Below, one piece after another: positions 38,420-48,800 of a stretch of 64,000 bases of DNA. Below the pieces are notes generated by a model. That model was not told the origin of the DNA, searched no databases, and saw nothing but the letters and a program-made list of their open reading frames with translations. Numbering within the stretch: the first letter of the stretch is position 1; each line of letters starts with the position of its first letter. The position numbers were made by a program, and so were the translations under genes. This stretch comes from Planctomycetota bacterium (GTDB taxonomy: Bacteria > Planctomycetota > B15-G4 > JADJEK01): the NCBI GenBank assembly GCA_044225365.1, contig JBGAIQ010000002.1, forward strand, positions 96,001 through 160,000, given 5' to 3'.

Positions 38420-39933
38420 GTGAGCAGATCCGTCCCGCGGCCACCGTGATCGTCACCCGCGGAAGCGGCGAGGACTTCGAGGTCTATCTCGTCGATCGCA
38501 ATCCGAAGCTGCGCTGGTTCCCCGGCATGAGCGCCTTTCCAGGCGGCGTCGTGTCGAAGCTCGATGGTCGGGGTCCGCATGGCGAGCGCGCTTGCGCCGT
38601 GCGCGAGTTGTTCGAGGAGACCGGGATCCTGCTCGGCGCGCCGAGCGACGTCGCCGCGAGCGAACTCGAATCCGTACGCCGCGCGCTGCTCGCGGCGGAG
38701 AAGAGCGATCAGCGCTGCAGCGAATACGACGCGCTCGTTTCGCGATGCGAGGAACCCGCGCTCGTCGAACTGTGCCGCATCGTCACGCCGCCGATCGCGC
38801 CCGTGCGATTCGATACCGTGTTCTATCGCGTCGAACTGCCTCGCGGACAAGCGCCTTCGATCTGGCAGGGCGAGCTCGTCGGCGGCGCTTTCGTGAAACC
38901 GAAAGAAGCTCTCGCGCGCTGGGTGAAGGGCGAGATGCGGCTCGCGCCGCCCGTGCTCATCCTGCTCGAGGTGTTCGTCGCGGTCGGCGAGAGCGAGTTC
39001 CCGCTCGCGGTGAAGGAGCTGACCGAAGGATTCTCCGAAGGCCTGTTGCCGCCCGTGCGGTTCTCACCGGGCATCGTGCTCGCGAGCCTCCGGACGCCGA
39101 CGCTCCCGCCCGCGACGACGACCAACACGTACATCGTCGGCAACGAGCGCGTCTTCGTCATCGATCCCGGCACTCCCGAACCCGCCGAGATGGATCGCCT
39201 CCTCGCTCTACTCGCCGAGATGGAGGAGGCCGGCCGCGAGATCGGCGGCATCCTGCTGACGCATCATCATCCCGATCACATCGGCGGGCTTTCGATGCTC
39301 GCGCGGGAGTTGCGCGTTCCCGTGTACGCGCACGCGGAGACTCACTCGCGGATCCCCGTCGGTCTCGACAAGAAGGACCGCTTCGAGCGGGTCACGCTCG
39401 ACGATGGCGCGACGATCGATCTCGGGATCGCGCCGGACGGTACGACGGGCTGGACGCTGACCGCGCTCTTCACCCCCGGCCACGCGCGCGGGCATCTCGT
39501 ATTCCACGAGAATCGCTACGGCGCGGCGATCGTCGGCGACATGATCTCGACCGTGTCGACGATCGTGATCGATCCGCCCGAGGGCCACCTCGCGACGTAC
39601 CTCGCGAGCCTGCGGCGACTCTTGGACCTGCCCCTCGGCGTGCTCTACCCCGCGCACGGGCCGCCAGTCTTCTTCGGCAAGAAGGTCGTCGACCACTACC
39701 TCGCGCACCGCAAGGAACGCGAAGACAAGCTGAAGTCCGCGCTCGCGAGCGCATCGAAAACCGGTCTCGTCGATCCCTCCGCGATCCTGCCCGTCGTCTA
39801 CTCCGACGTCGATCCTGCGATCCTGCCCATCGCCGCGCGCTCGCTCCAGGCCGGCCTCGACAAGCTCGTCGAGGAGGGCGAAGTGCGAGTCCGGGACGGG
39901 CGCTACGAATGGGCGGGCGCCCCTTCGGTGTGA
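38416..39933 (+). CDS. NUDIX hydrolase + metallo-beta-lactamase (LACTB2-like) fusion
   Basis: FPGG...AVRELFEETG; THHHPDHIGG, TPGHARGH, PAHG. GTGA overlap with the peptidase stop. Confidence 0.87.
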   Translation: MSEQIRPAATVIVTRGSGEDFEVYLVDRNPKLRWFPGMSAFPGGVVSKLDGRGPHGERACAVRELFEETGILLGAPSDVAASELESVRRALLAAEKSDQRCSEYDALVSRCEEPALVELCRIVTPPIAPVRFDTVFYRVELPRGQAPSIWQGELVGGAFVKPKEALARWVKGEMRLAPPVLILLEVFVAVGESEFPLAVKELTEGFSEGLLPPVRFSPGIVLASLRTPTLPPATTTNTYIVGNERVFVIDPGTPEPAEMDRLLALLAEMEEAGREIGGILLTHHHPDHIGGLSMLARELRVPVYAHAETHSRIPVGLDKKDRFERVTLDDGATIDLGIAPDGTTGWTLTALFTPGHARGHLVFHENRYGAAIVGDMISTVSTIVIDPPEGHLATYLASLRRLLDLPLGVLYPAHGPPVFFGKKVVDHYLAHRKEREDKLKSALASASKTGLVDPSAILPVVYSDVDPAILPIAARSLQAGLDKLVEEGEVRVRDGRYEWAGAPSV

Positions 39934-39948
39934 GTCGCCCGCCGTCGT

Positions 39949-40527
39949 TCAGAACAGTCCGCCGAGCTTCTTGAACATGCCGCCGATCTTCTTGCCGAGG
40001 TGGATCGCGTCATTGCCGAGGTTGGTGGCGAGGTGCTTCAGCGTCTTTCCCATCGAGCGGCCCGCGGTCTTGAACACGTTTCCGATGCCCGACGCGCCGC
40101 GCCGCAGGAAACCGAGGGCACCTTCCACGCCGGAACGGATGTGACGGCCGAGGAAGTCGACGACCGTCCGCTTCAGGGCGCCAAGGACCTGTCCACCCGC
40201 GAACTTCACGGCGTGTCCAAGCGCCATTCCGAGGCGCAGGAGGTTGCTTCCGGCGGCCTTTGCGGTCGAGATCACGTCACCGACGATTCGTCCCGCGAAA
40301 CCGGGTTGGCTCGCGGCGGCGGCGATCGTGGGCTCGGCCGTGAGCGCGGGCACGTCGAAGACCACCGCGTCGAACGGGCTTCCCGGGCCACGGAGTCGAC
40401 TCGCGAGATCGGAAGCGATCCCGCCTGCGGCGGAATCGAGAGCCAGCGAGGACGCTCTTGAGCCGAGCGCGGTAGCGGAGGTCGCGAGGGTTCTCGAGGC
40501 GAGTTCGGGGCGGATCGAGAGGTTCAT
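39949..40527 (-). CDS. Hypothetical protein with 11-mer amphipathic helical repeats
   Basis: ATG 40527 with an AAGGA RBS. The C-terminal ~115 aa parse into 11-residue units. Confidence 0.6.
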   Translation of the reverse strand: MNLSIRPELASRTLATSATALGSRASSLALDSAAGGIASDLASRLRGPGSPFDAVVFDVPALTAEPTIAAAASQPGFAGRIVGDVISTAKAAGSNLLRLGMALGHAVKFAGGQVLGALKRTVVDFLGRHIRSGVEGALGFLRRGASGIGNVFKTAGRSMGKTLKHLATNLGNDAIHLGKKIGGMFKKLGGLF

Positions 40528-40714
40528 GGGACGAGTCCTTGGGATGGGGGATGCGTGCGTCTTGTCTTCGCAGACCCGAGTCGGAGTCTTTCGGGATCTC
40601 CGACACGAAATCCCGTCGACCGGCACGATCATGGTCGAAGATCGAGCGCATCCATCCTCGGACTCGGCGGTTCATGTTCGGGCCACAGATCCACGTCGCC
40701 CCAGGAGAGCCTCC

Positions 40715-41639
40715 ATGAAGCTCCCATCGTCGGTCCTCGCATTCGTCCTCGTCGCCCTGCCGCTTGCGCTTCCTGCCCTTTCGCAGGATGCCAAGCGCGA
40801 AGAAGCGAAGGACCCACGAACCGAGTTCTTCGCCGTCTGTCGCAGTCTCGCGGAGGCGAAGAGCTACACCGCGAAGGTGACGATCGAAGGGGAGGGGCTG
40901 CGCGCGCGAGAACAGCGACCACCGAGCCCTGCTCTTCGAATCGAGATGCAGGCCGGGCGGCCTCTCGTCGTGACGCTCGAAGGCAAGAAGCTCTCCGCGA
41001 CGCTCTGGACACAGGGAGACGTCCACGTCGTGCGCGATCCGAGCGGCGAGGTGCATCCGTTGCCGTTCTTCGGCAAGAACGGTCCGGGAAGGGCCGGGGG
41101 CCGGTTGCCCCGCAGTCCGAAGCCACCTCGTGCGCAGGAGGGCTCACCTCCGACTTCGGCCGGAGAGGGTGCGCCCAACGGCTTCCTGGCGGGCAGACCG
41201 CCGCGCCCGGAGGGCGACGAACGTCCGGGCAAGCGCGGGCCTGCGGGAGCGCTCGTCGCGCGGCTCGCGCAGAACGTTCCCGTGCTCGCGCCGCACGCGC
41301 TCCTCGCCGGGATCGACGCCAAGGTCGATTCCGTCGAGAAGAAGGTCGCTGCCGACGGCTCGATCTCGTTCGTCGCGCGGTTCTCGTCCGAGGCCGCGAA
41401 GAGTCTCCTGCCGATGCCGCTCCCGCCCCGCATGGCGGAGGATGCGAAGATCGGCGCGACCCTCGAGGTCCAAATCGATGCGGCGACGGGCTCGCCGACG
41501 CGGATCGTCCTCGTTCGAGCGTTCGAGGGGGCCGAGAGTGCGAACGAGCGCTCGATCACGGCGACGTTCGAGCTGTCCAAGGTTGGGGGCGACGAGCGTC
41601 GAACTCCCGGCCGATGTCATGAAGTACTTCGCGATATAG
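40715..41639 (+). CDS. Secreted hypothetical protein with an apparent frameshift near the 3' end
   Basis: AGGAG RBS and signal peptide MKLPSSVLAFVLVALPLALPALS. Removing one G from G5 (41585-41589) gives the ending SKVGATSVELPADVMKYFAI* at 41639. Confidence 0.6.
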
Positions 41640-41654
41640 ATTCTGCGGGCGTGA

Positions 41655-42044
41655 TCAGCGAGCGAGCGCGTCGGGGCCGAAGGACTCGGGAAGAAGCGCA
41701 GCGAGCGATGTCGTCGTGTACTGCCCCGTCGCGGTCGCGAGGTGGATCGCGACGTCCGTACCGAACTCCCGAATCACCTGACGACAGGCGCCGCACGGCG
41801 ACGCGCCCGACTCGGTCGCGACGGCGACTGCCGTGACTCGGCGCTGTCCGCGCGCGACGGCGGCGAAGATCGCATTGCGCTCGGCGCAGATGGTGAGCCC
41901 GTAGGAGGCATTCTCGACGTTGCATCCCGTGGTGATCGTTCCATCGTCGGTCAGCACGGCCGCTCCGACCATGAAGTGAGAATAAGGGGCGTAGGCGAAC
42001 GGGCGAGCGGCGATCGCGGAAGCGACGAGTCGAGCGGTGTCCAT
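41655..42044 (-). CDS. cdd: Cytidine deaminase
   Basis: AYAPYSHF.VGAA, GCNVENASYGLTICAERNA, PCGACRQ. Confidence 0.95.
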   Translation of the reverse strand: MDTARLVASAIAARPFAYAPYSHFMVGAAVLTDDGTITTGCNVENASYGLTICAERNAIFAAVARGQRRVTAVAVATESGASPCGACRQVIREFGTDVAIHLATATGQYTTTSLAALLPESFGPDALAR

Positions 42045-42384
42045 TGCCGAATCGTAGCGGGTGGAATCGCGCGCGACCGGCGTTCGTCGCTCTCGAGTTA
42101 CCGATTCGCGACGGCGTTACGGGATCGTTCGTCCCGCGGTCGTTTCTTGGGTGTCACGTCGAAACGGCGCAGGAGGCCTCCTTCGCGCCCGGATCCGGAT
42201 TCCGTCCAGTTACTTTCATTGCAAGATCGATTAGAGTCTCGCGCGAAGAGTTGACCGAGGCGGCGTCCGAAGGAGTCGGATCCGCAATTGCTGCTGAGTC
42301 TGGTAGCGAACCGATTCACGGCTCGATCGATCCCCCGCAGATCCGAGCCTCGCGATCGACGAAACCGATCGCGCATCCACGCGA

Positions 42385-44595
42385 ATGCGTGAAAGTTTGG
42401 AGGGCGCCTTGGACGCGAAGCGATGGGCATCGATCTCGACGGCGGCGTGTCTCGCACTCCTGACGGCGGAAGCCTACGCGCGGCAGTGCCCGGCGATGCC
42501 GCCGCCGCCAGACACCGGCGGGGCGGGCGGACCGACGACCGGCGGGGGTGGACCTTCCAGACCGACGACCGGCGGCGGAGGCCCCGCGACGACGGGCGGT
42601 GGTTCGGGAGGTCCGACGACCGGCGGCGGTGGAAGTGGTCCTTCGACCGGTGGCGGGGGTGGGAAGACCCCGGCGACCGGAGGAGGCACGCCTCCGCAGA
42701 ATCCCGGCCCTTCCGACACGCAGGGTCCACCGACGACGGGTGGCAACGGGCCGGGGCCGATCGGCGGCGGGGGACCGGCGCCGAGCAGCCCGAGCGGAGG
42801 GCCCGCTGGCGGAGGTCCGAGCACCGGGCCGACAGGCGGCGGCCCGCGACCGGGATCCGGTCCGCAGGGGCCGACCGGCGGACCGCAACTGCCGAAGGGC
42901 GGCGCAGCGGGACTCACCGGTAAGCGCAACAAGAACACGGTCACGCTCGACCGCTGGGATCTCTGGTGGGATCTCAACTGCGAGGGCTTCCTCGCCGCCC
43001 GCTCCGCCACCGCACCGCAGACCGCGCGCGAGCGTGGTTTCCTGGATGGCGTCGGCTTCTCCACGCAGCCTGCGGTGAACACGCGTCCGACGCGTTCGGT
43101 CGTCGTGGAGGAACTCGTTCCGGCGCTGCGCGTCGCGCTGAAGGATCGGAACAACTACGTTCGGGCGGCGGCGGCGACCGCGCTCGGGCGTATCGCACCC
43201 ACGGAACTTCGGGACGAATCGATCGAATCGCTCTCCGACGCGCTCCATAGCGAGGACGCGACGGTTCGCGATTCGGCGCTCCTCGCGATCGGATTGCTCG
43301 GTGATCGCAGCGTCGTGCGGACTCTGTGGCAGGTGATGAACGACACGCTCGAAGCGCGGGCGCTCATGAATTCGGCGGGCGGCGTTCAGGACAAGGAGCG
43401 TGCATTCGCGATCCTCGGCCTCGGCCTGCTCGGTGGTCGGGAAGCGGCCACGCAGTTCGAGAAGCTGCTTGCGCGCAGCGCGACCAAGGACGTCGAGGTC
43501 GCGGGCGCGGCCGTGCTCGCCCTCGGGATGCTCGGTGCCGAGGCACAGGACTTCGTTCCGAGGCTCGGCGAGATGCTCTGCGATCGATCGCTCGATCGAA
43601 GGCTGCGCGCCCAGATCCCCGTCACGCTCGCCCGCATCGGTGAACCTGCGCTGCCGGTCCTTCCGTACCTCCTCCAACTCTCCCGGGATCAGAAGGAGGA
43701 CGCGCTCGTTCGGAGTTCGTGCGTGATCGGACTCGGCCGGCTCGCGGCGACCTACGATGCAGAGATCCTCGCCGTGCTTCGCGACCTCGCTCACGAGGAT
43801 CGCGACCCGATCGTTCGGCACTACGCATTGCTCGGACTTGCGCAGATCGGCGCGAGAGCGACTGATTCGACGCCGAAGGATGTGCTCGGCGGGATCGCCC
43901 GCTACCTGACCCAGGAACTCGAGAAGCCGCGCAACACGCTCGACCAGCCGTGGGCAGCGCTCGCGTGCGGCATCTTCGCCGGTTCGCTGAAGACGGTGTC
44001 GACGAGCGGCGCATTGCGACAGAACCTGGTCGAGGAGATGCGATCGACGTTTCGTTCGATCAGCAATCCGTCGACGAGCGGCGCGTTGGCCATCGGCCTC
44101 GGCCTCGCCGCGGCGAAGGACAGCACCGAGGACGTACGGGCGCGCTTCGCGAAAGAGAGCGACGATTCCCTGCGGGGTCATTTCGCGCTCGCTCTCGGAC
44201 TCCTCGGCGACGACGCGTCGATCGAATCGCTGCGCAACTGTCTGAAGGACGAGGGACGCCCGGAGCTGCGTGAATCGGCTGCGCGCGCGCTCGCACTGCT
44301 CCACGATTCGGAATCGCTCGACTCGCTGCTCTCTCGCCTCGAAGGGACGCCGACGGCGGTCGAGGCTCGCTCGCTCGCCCGCGCCGTCGCTCGGCTGAAG
44401 GACCCGGGCGCGGCGACCCGCCTCGCACGTCTCGCGGCCGATCCGAAGCGCGACTCGAGCGTGCGTTCGGCCTGCTGCGAGGCGATCGGTCTCCTCGCCG
44501 AGCGGACCGAGATTCCGTATACGGCACGCCTCACGGGCGACCTGAACGTCCATTCGGGCCTGAACGCTGCCGCGGACTTGATCGCGAAGCTGTAG
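42385..44595 (+). CDS. Secreted HEAT-repeat protein with a Gly/Pro/Thr-rich N-terminal repeat region
   Basis: Signal-like N-terminus; repeated (G)PTTGGG units; HEAT repeats (LKDRNNYVRAAAATALGRI, DATVRDSALLAIGLLG). Start uncertain. Confidence 0.75.
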   Translation: MRESLEGALDAKRWASISTAACLALLTAEAYARQCPAMPPPPDTGGAGGPTTGGGGPSRPTTGGGGPATTGGGSGGPTTGGGGSGPSTGGGGGKTPATGGGTPPQNPGPSDTQGPPTTGGNGPGPIGGGGPAPSSPSGGPAGGGPSTGPTGGGPRPGSGPQGPTGGPQLPKGGAAGLTGKRNKNTVTLDRWDLWWDLNCEGFLAARSATAPQTARERGFLDGVGFSTQPAVNTRPTRSVVVEELVPALRVALKDRNNYVRAAAATALGRIAPTELRDESIESLSDALHSEDATVRDSALLAIGLLGDRSVVRTLWQVMNDTLEARALMNSAGGVQDKERAFAILGLGLLGGREAATQFEKLLARSATKDVEVAGAAVLALGMLGAEAQDFVPRLGEMLCDRSLDRRLRAQIPVTLARIGEPALPVLPYLLQLSRDQKEDALVRSSCVIGLGRLAATYDAEILAVLRDLAHEDRDPIVRHYALLGLAQIGARATDSTPKDVLGGIARYLTQELEKPRNTLDQPWAALACGIFAGSLKTVSTSGALRQNLVEEMRSTFRSISNPSTSGALAIGLGLAAAKDSTEDVRARFAKESDDSLRGHFALALGLLGDDASIESLRNCLKDEGRPELRESAARALALLHDSESLDSLLSRLEGTPTAVEARSLARAVARLKDPGAATRLARLAADPKRDSSVRSACCEAIGLLAERTEIPYTARLTGDLNVHSGLNAAADLIAKL

Positions 44596-44678
44596 CCCTC
44601 GAGTCCGAACTTCGACCTTCGAATCGCCGCGGCTTCGTATCCCGAACCGACGCCGCGGCGTTCTTGCAGAGGGTCGCT

Positions 44679-44993
44679 TCAGCGCACGATCTCGAATCCG
44701 AATCCACCGACGAGAGGTTCGTCGGACACTTCGATCGACGACACGTGGGAGAGAGCTGGTCCCCGGCGACACGCTTCTTCGAAGAGCGCGAGCACTTCGA
44801 AGGGTCCCTCGGCAACCGCTTCGACCGAGCCGTCGACGCGATTGCGGACGAATCCCACGAGTCCGAATGCCGCCGCCTTCGAGCGCGTCCACGCGCGATA
44901 CCCGACGCCTTGAACGCGTCCGCGAATCAGGAAACGCCGGCGCACATGGGCGCGGATCGGTTCGGGTCCGTGGTCCGAGGAGTTGAATTCCAT
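44679..44993 (-). CDS. acyP: Acylphosphatase
   Basis: GRVQGVGYR, GFVRNRVDGSVEAVAEG, GP. AAGGAG RBS. Confidence 0.9.
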   Translation of the reverse strand: MEFNSSDHGPEPIRAHVRRRFLIRGRVQGVGYRAWTRSKAAAFGLVGFVRNRVDGSVEAVAEGPFEVLALFEEACRRGPALSHVSSIEVSDEPLVGGFGFEIVR

Positions 44994-45030
44994 CGCGTTG
45001 CTCCTTGTCGTCGGCGTATCTTGCCAGGAC

Positions 45031-45672
45031 ATGCCTCGATCGCCGAGCGACACGACGAAGATCGCATTGCGACCGCTCGCGAAGGACTTCTTCGCGCGGC
45101 CGACGCTCGTGGTCGCTCCGCAATTGCTCGGCAAGATCCTCGCCACGTCCGTGCGAGGAGTCTTGACGGCCGGGCGGATCGTGGAGGTCGAGGCCTATCT
45201 CGACGAACGCGATCTCGCGAGTCACGCGGCGAAGGGTCACACGAAGCGCAACGCGCTGATGTTCGGTCCGCCCGGTCACGCCTACGTGTATCTGATCTAC
45301 GGGATGCATCACTGCGTGAACGCAGTGACCGAGGAGGCCGGTGTCGCGGGCGCGGTCCTGATCCGGGCGATCGAGCCCCTCTGCGGTGAGCGAGTCATGG
45401 CGCGCCGCCGCGCGAGGAGCGACCGACGAGAGCTCGCATCGGGTCCCGGCAAGTTGTGTCAGGCGCTGGCGATCGATCGGACGATGAACGGCGAGTCCTT
45501 GTGGGGTCCCCGCCTGTTCATCTGCGAAGGGGATTCGATCGAGGAAGGTAGGATCGTCGCGACGCCGCGAATCGGTGTCGACTACTCCGGGGTGTGGGCG
45601 AGCGAGCCGTTTCGATTCGTCGTGCGCGACGATCCCTATGCCTCGAAACGTCTGACCTCGAAGTCGAGGTGA
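45031..45672 (+). CDS. DNA-3-methyladenine glycosylase (MPG/AAG family)
   Basis: GRIVEVEAY, MFGPPGHAYVYLIYGMHHC.N, AVLIRAIEP, GPGKLCQAL, TPRIG. Confidence 0.93.
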   Translation: MPRSPSDTTKIALRPLAKDFFARPTLVVAPQLLGKILATSVRGVLTAGRIVEVEAYLDERDLASHAAKGHTKRNALMFGPPGHAYVYLIYGMHHCVNAVTEEAGVAGAVLIRAIEPLCGERVMARRRARSDRRELASGPGKLCQALAIDRTMNGESLWGPRLFICEGDSIEEGRIVATPRIGVDYSGVWASEPFRFVVRDDPYASKRLTSKSR

Positions 45673-45817
45673 CGGACCTGCATGGCAGGTTGCTCGATCA
45701 CCGATATACTCCTTGCTCCGAATCGCCTTCGTCCCACACTCCAGGTGCCGGTCCCGTCGAATGTCCGTCGAATCGCTTTCACGCCCGGCGCGAATCAGGG
45801 AGGAATGCGTAGCGCGA

Positions 45818-48800
45818 ATGCGAAGCGCGTTTTCGAGCTTCGCGTTCACCGCCCTCTTCGTCGCCGTCTCGATCGTGGTACTGCGGGCGGAAGCCGCGGA
45901 CTTCTGGCTCTCCTCGTTCAAGAATCGGGTGGTATCGACGCCGACCGTCGACGGGATCGACATCGGCGCTCGCACGGCGCTGTTCACGAGCTCCGTCGCC
46001 CTCTTCGTCGGCGCGTTCGTGCTCGTGCTCGCGCTCCTCGAACTCGGGCGAAGGGCTGTTTCCGATTCGATCTGGCGCGCGATCGAAGCGCTCTCGATCG
46101 CGGGATCGAGTCTGTGGCTCGCGCATGCCTACGCCATCGACACCGAGCCGACGATCGTCCTCGTCATCGCGGTGCAGCTTGCCATCCTCTCGATCGGCCT
46201 CTTCGACCAATGGGTCCTGCGCCGCGGGGCGCATCCGGACACTGCGGCGTACCTCGCGACTCTCGGTATCGCGGCCGCCGGCGTCGTGATCCTCGTCACC
46301 GACCTGGTCGACTTCGTGGCGCGACGCGACGTGCCGTGGGCGCAGTGGCACATCGGCGTCGCCATGGTCGCACTCCACGTCTTGGTTCGTGCCTTCTCGT
46401 GGCGCCGCGACGCCGAGCGAGGATTGCGCGCCCTGAACGCCGTTGGCGGCGGCCTCCTCCTCTTCGCTTCGATCCCGTTCATCTCGTTCCTGCGGGACGA
46501 GATCTACCTCACGTTGAACAATCATGGCGTGCTGACGGTCGAGCCGCGAACGGTCGAATACGTCCTGATCGGCTTTCTCGCGCTGTTCGTCGTCGTGAGG
46601 ATCTTTCGTGACCTGCGGAGGCAGGATCCGCCGAGTCTCACCGCGAGAGTGGGTCGATTCGGCCTACCGCTCTTCCTGTTCGGTATCGCGTCCATCGCCT
46701 ACTACTTCCCGCTCCATCCGCTTCCCGACAAGTTGTTCGAAGCGGCGAATCCTGGGTTGTTCGTCCAGCAGTTCTTCGACTTCGGTCGGATCCCTTACCT
46801 CGAGACGTTCAACGCTCACGGTTTCAGCGACAGCTTCTGGAGCTTCGTGTTCCCATTGCTGCAGGGCAACCGGGACGAGGTCACCGGCTTCTACGAGTTC
46901 CTGAATCGCGCGATCGGCGCGGTCCTCGTCTACTGGCTACTGCGACGCGCCACCGGCAACCCGTATCTCGCCTGCTTCGCCGTGTTGTTCGCGCCGTTCT
47001 ACGTCGACGTCTTCCCGGTGTATTGCGAGCTCGCGATCGCGTCCCTCTTCGTCCTCGAGCGCGTGCTCGCCAAGCCCTCGGCGATTCGCATCGCGGCGTT
47101 CGCGATGTACACGGTCGGCGTGTTCCACTGGCGACTCGACATGGGCGCAGCGAACCTCATCGCATCCGCGGGAGTGGTCGCGGTGACCTGGCTCACTTCG
47201 TCGCGCTCGCGTCCGCGATGGCGCGATCTCCTCGTCGGTGGCACCGCGTGCGGGTTCGTCTACGGCGTCGTGTTCCTCGGACTCGCGTGGTATCGCGGGG
47301 TCGATCCGCTCCACGTCGTCCAATCCCTGCAGCACATCGTTTCGTCGAGTCAGGGCTTCGGGCAGGCGGTCGCGAGGGAATTCGGGCCGGACGTGCGCTG
47401 GCATCTCTTCGTGCTGCCGATCGCCGTTCTCTCGATCGCCGCGATCTCGATCTTCCTGCGCGCGACGACCCAATCCCCGACTCGCGAGCGAGCGTTCCTC
47501 ATGCTCTTCCTCGCCTACGGTGCGTTCTACTACTTCGCGAACTTCCAGCGCGGACTCGTGCGTCACACCTGGATCGAGCCGGGGAACGTGTACGTCCTTT
47601 CGTTCGGATTCGTCGTTCTCGCGCTGTCGCCATATCTGCGGGCGAGCGGATCGGAGCGCTCTCGGTGGATCGCGTTCCTCGGAATCGCAACGGTCCTGGC
47701 CGGCAGTTTCGGACTCCAGGGTCCGATCCCGGCGAGCGCAGCGAAATACAAGAACCTCTGGCAGAAGACGATCGCTCATCGGATCGAGTGGCCGCACGTC
47801 CAGTTCGCGCCGTTCCTGATCGACCGCAGCCCGAGTTCCCCCTCGCTCGAGAAGCACCACTACGGCGCGGCGCGACGATTCATCGCGTCCAATCTCACCC
47901 CGGATCAGACGTTCCTCGATCTCACGATGTCGCCGATGCTCTACGTGGTGCTGCATCGCCGCTCGCCGCACTATCTCAACCACCTGTATCTCGCCCACGA
48001 CGAGTGGCTGCAGAAGAACGAGATCCCCGAGTTCGAGGAGAACGACGTACCAGTCGTCTTCACCTGGATGGAGGAAGACCTCGCGAAGTTCGACGGGGAG
48101 GTCGCGAACCAGCACAACTTCGGAGACACGGTCCACAACAGCGTTCGGCAGTGGGTGTTCCACGAGTGGCTGAACCGGCATTACGAGCCGTGGTGCGTCG
48201 TTCAACGCTGGCAGGTGTGGCGACGCAAGAACTGGCTTGCGCCGACGCATCCTTTCGGCGTCGACGCTGCCGAACTCGCGAAGGCGCAGCCGACGACGCG
48301 GGGTGGTGGCGTGTCGCTGCGTTCCGTGGACGGCACGAAGCCGGTCGCTCCGCTCGAACCGGGAACGGTGACGTACCTGGAGATCGACGGGAACGCGACG
48401 AAGGCTGCGCAGATCGACGTGACGCTCACGTTCGACGACGCCGCGGGCCAGCGCGGCGAATTGCGCCGTCGACTCGATGTGACTCCGGGAAGCGCGCCGC
48501 GATATTGGACCTTGCCCTTCGACCTCGAGGCGAAGTCTCTGCATTCCGTGGACGTCACGAGTGCGAGTGGATTCGAATTCTCTTCCGTCGAGCTGGAGAC
48601 CGTCGTCGCGCTCGATTACTCGACGGTCCTCGATCGAGCCCGATTGCGCATCTGTCCGACGCTCGGCAATGCGGCCTGGCTGTGGGCAACGGGCGACGAC
48701 CGCAAGGCGATCACGCGTCCCGTGCTCCGCGAATTGCGCAAGCAACAATCCCCGGCGCAATCTCAGAACGCGGTTCGTTACTTCTTCGATCCGCTCGACG

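Noticed and set aside
42517-42900. DNA-level repeats (CCGACGACCGGCGG) as a non-coding repeat array
   Set aside because: Fully explained by the PTTGGG protein repeats.
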